Origin: an uncultured Actinomycetota bacterium
Lineage (GTDB): Bacteria; Actinomycetota; Actinomycetes; Mycobacteriales; Mycobacteriaceae
Reading direction: 5' to 3'
Length of the DNA: 64,000 nucleotides
Assembly: GCA_963758115.1 (NCBI GenBank)
Contig: CAVWUG010000010.1
Span: forward strand, 136,237-200,236
The notes under the pieces were generated by a model, which worked only from the letters and a program-made list of their open reading frames with translations, did not search any database and had not been told where the DNA came from. The stretch's first letter is position 1. Each line of letters begins with the position of its first letter. Positions 63,397 to 64,000 of this stretch are shown here, piece after piece. Both the position numbers and the translations under genes were made by a program.

Positions 63397-64000
63397 ATGA
63401 CCGACGGCGACGCCCAGACCCCGCACCGCGTTCTCATCGCCGAGGACGAAGCGCTCATCCGGCTCGACTTGGCCGAGATGCTGCGCGAAGAGGGCTACGA
63501 GATCGTCGGCGAGGCCGGCGACGGCCAGGAAGCTGTCGAGCTGGCCGAGAAGCTCAACCCCGACCTGGTGATCATGGACGTGAAGATGCCGCGTCGTGAC
63601 GGCATCGACGCCGCGTCCGAGATCGCCAGCAAGCGCATCGCACCGATCGTGGTGCTGACCGCGTTCAGCCAGCGTGACCTCGTCGAGAAAGCACGCGACG
63701 CCGGGGCGATGGCGTACTTGGTGAAGCCGTTCACGATCTCGGACCTGATCCCGGCAATTGAGGTGGCGCTCAGCCGATTCAGCGAGGTCCGGGCGCTGGA
63801 GCGCGAAGTCGAGACGCTCGGCGACCGGCTGGAAACCCGCAAGCTCGTCGAGCGGGCCAAGGGTCTACTGCAGGCCAACCAGGGTATGACCGAGCCCGAA
63901 GCGTTCAAGTGGATTCAGCGCGCGGCGATGGACCGGCGGACCACCATGAAGCACGTCGCCGAAGTCGTTCTGGAAACCCTCGACACCTCGAAGGACACCA
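63397..64000 (+). CDS. pdtaR: ANTAR response regulator PdtaR; 3' end just beyond window
   Basis: RVLIAEDEALIRLDLAEMLREEGYEIVGEAGDGQEAVELAE...MDVKMPRRDGI...ANTAR part LETRKLVERAKGLLQANQGMTEPEAFKWIQRAAMDRRTTMK is colinear with Rv1626. Absent from the ORF track because no stop lies in the window. ATG 63388 is also in frame. Confidence 0.9.
   Translation, partial: MTDGDAQTPHRVLIAEDEALIRLDLAEMLREEGYEIVGEAGDGQEAVELAEKLNPDLVIMDVKMPRRDGIDAASEIASKRIAPIVVLTAFSQRDLVEKARDAGAMAYLVKPFTISDLIPAIEVALSRFSEVRALEREVETLGDRLETRKLVERAKGLLQANQGMTEPEAFKWIQRAAMDRRTTMKHVAEVVLETLDTSKDT

Overview
High-GC actinobacterial chromosome, almost certainly a Mycobacterium. As far as I recall, gene order is colinear with M. tuberculosis H37Rv Rv1550-Rv1626. 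Backbone, in order: fadD 3' end, desaturase, F420-type reductase, ilvA, treZ-treY-treX, acyltransferase, ripD-like, bioA-bioF-bioD, bioB, nrtR, nadA-nadB-nadC, hisD-hisC-hisB-hisH-priA-impA-hisF-hisI, bcp, trpE-(membrane)-trpC-trpB-trpA-lgt, pyk, tesB, cya and pdtaR (3' end runs off the window). Many operon junctions are translationally coupled (ATGA, GTGA, TTGA, TGATG overlaps). The ORF track prints GTG and TTG starts as M and always takes the longest ORF, so I trimmed several N-termini by family N-terminus, SD position and coupling. Many long alternative-frame ORFs are high-GC artefacts. Four segments look accessory. (1) The bioD-bioB interval (18.3-26.0 kb) holds an NAD-formate dehydrogenase, a budA-alsS acetoin pair, and a tightly coupled membrane/lipoprotein module of unknown function. 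(2) Around 33.7-37.1 kb lie a solitary Cas4/AddB-like Cys-cluster nuclease candidate, a TetR/ADH pair and a 58-bp tandem repeat with UUCG hairpins. (3) Between hisI and bcp (43.5-47.7 kb) sit a membrane GGDEF-EAL protein and a Ser/Thr kinase with a TPM ectodomain. (4) Between cya and pdtaR (60.2-63.3 kb) is an AT-richer island with small secreted and orphan proteins, a 21-bp repeat-encoded heptad tail, iteron-like repeats and an atypical tRNA. I saw no rRNA, CRISPR array or intact IS element. All family assignments come from motif recognition by eye and memory, not from searches.
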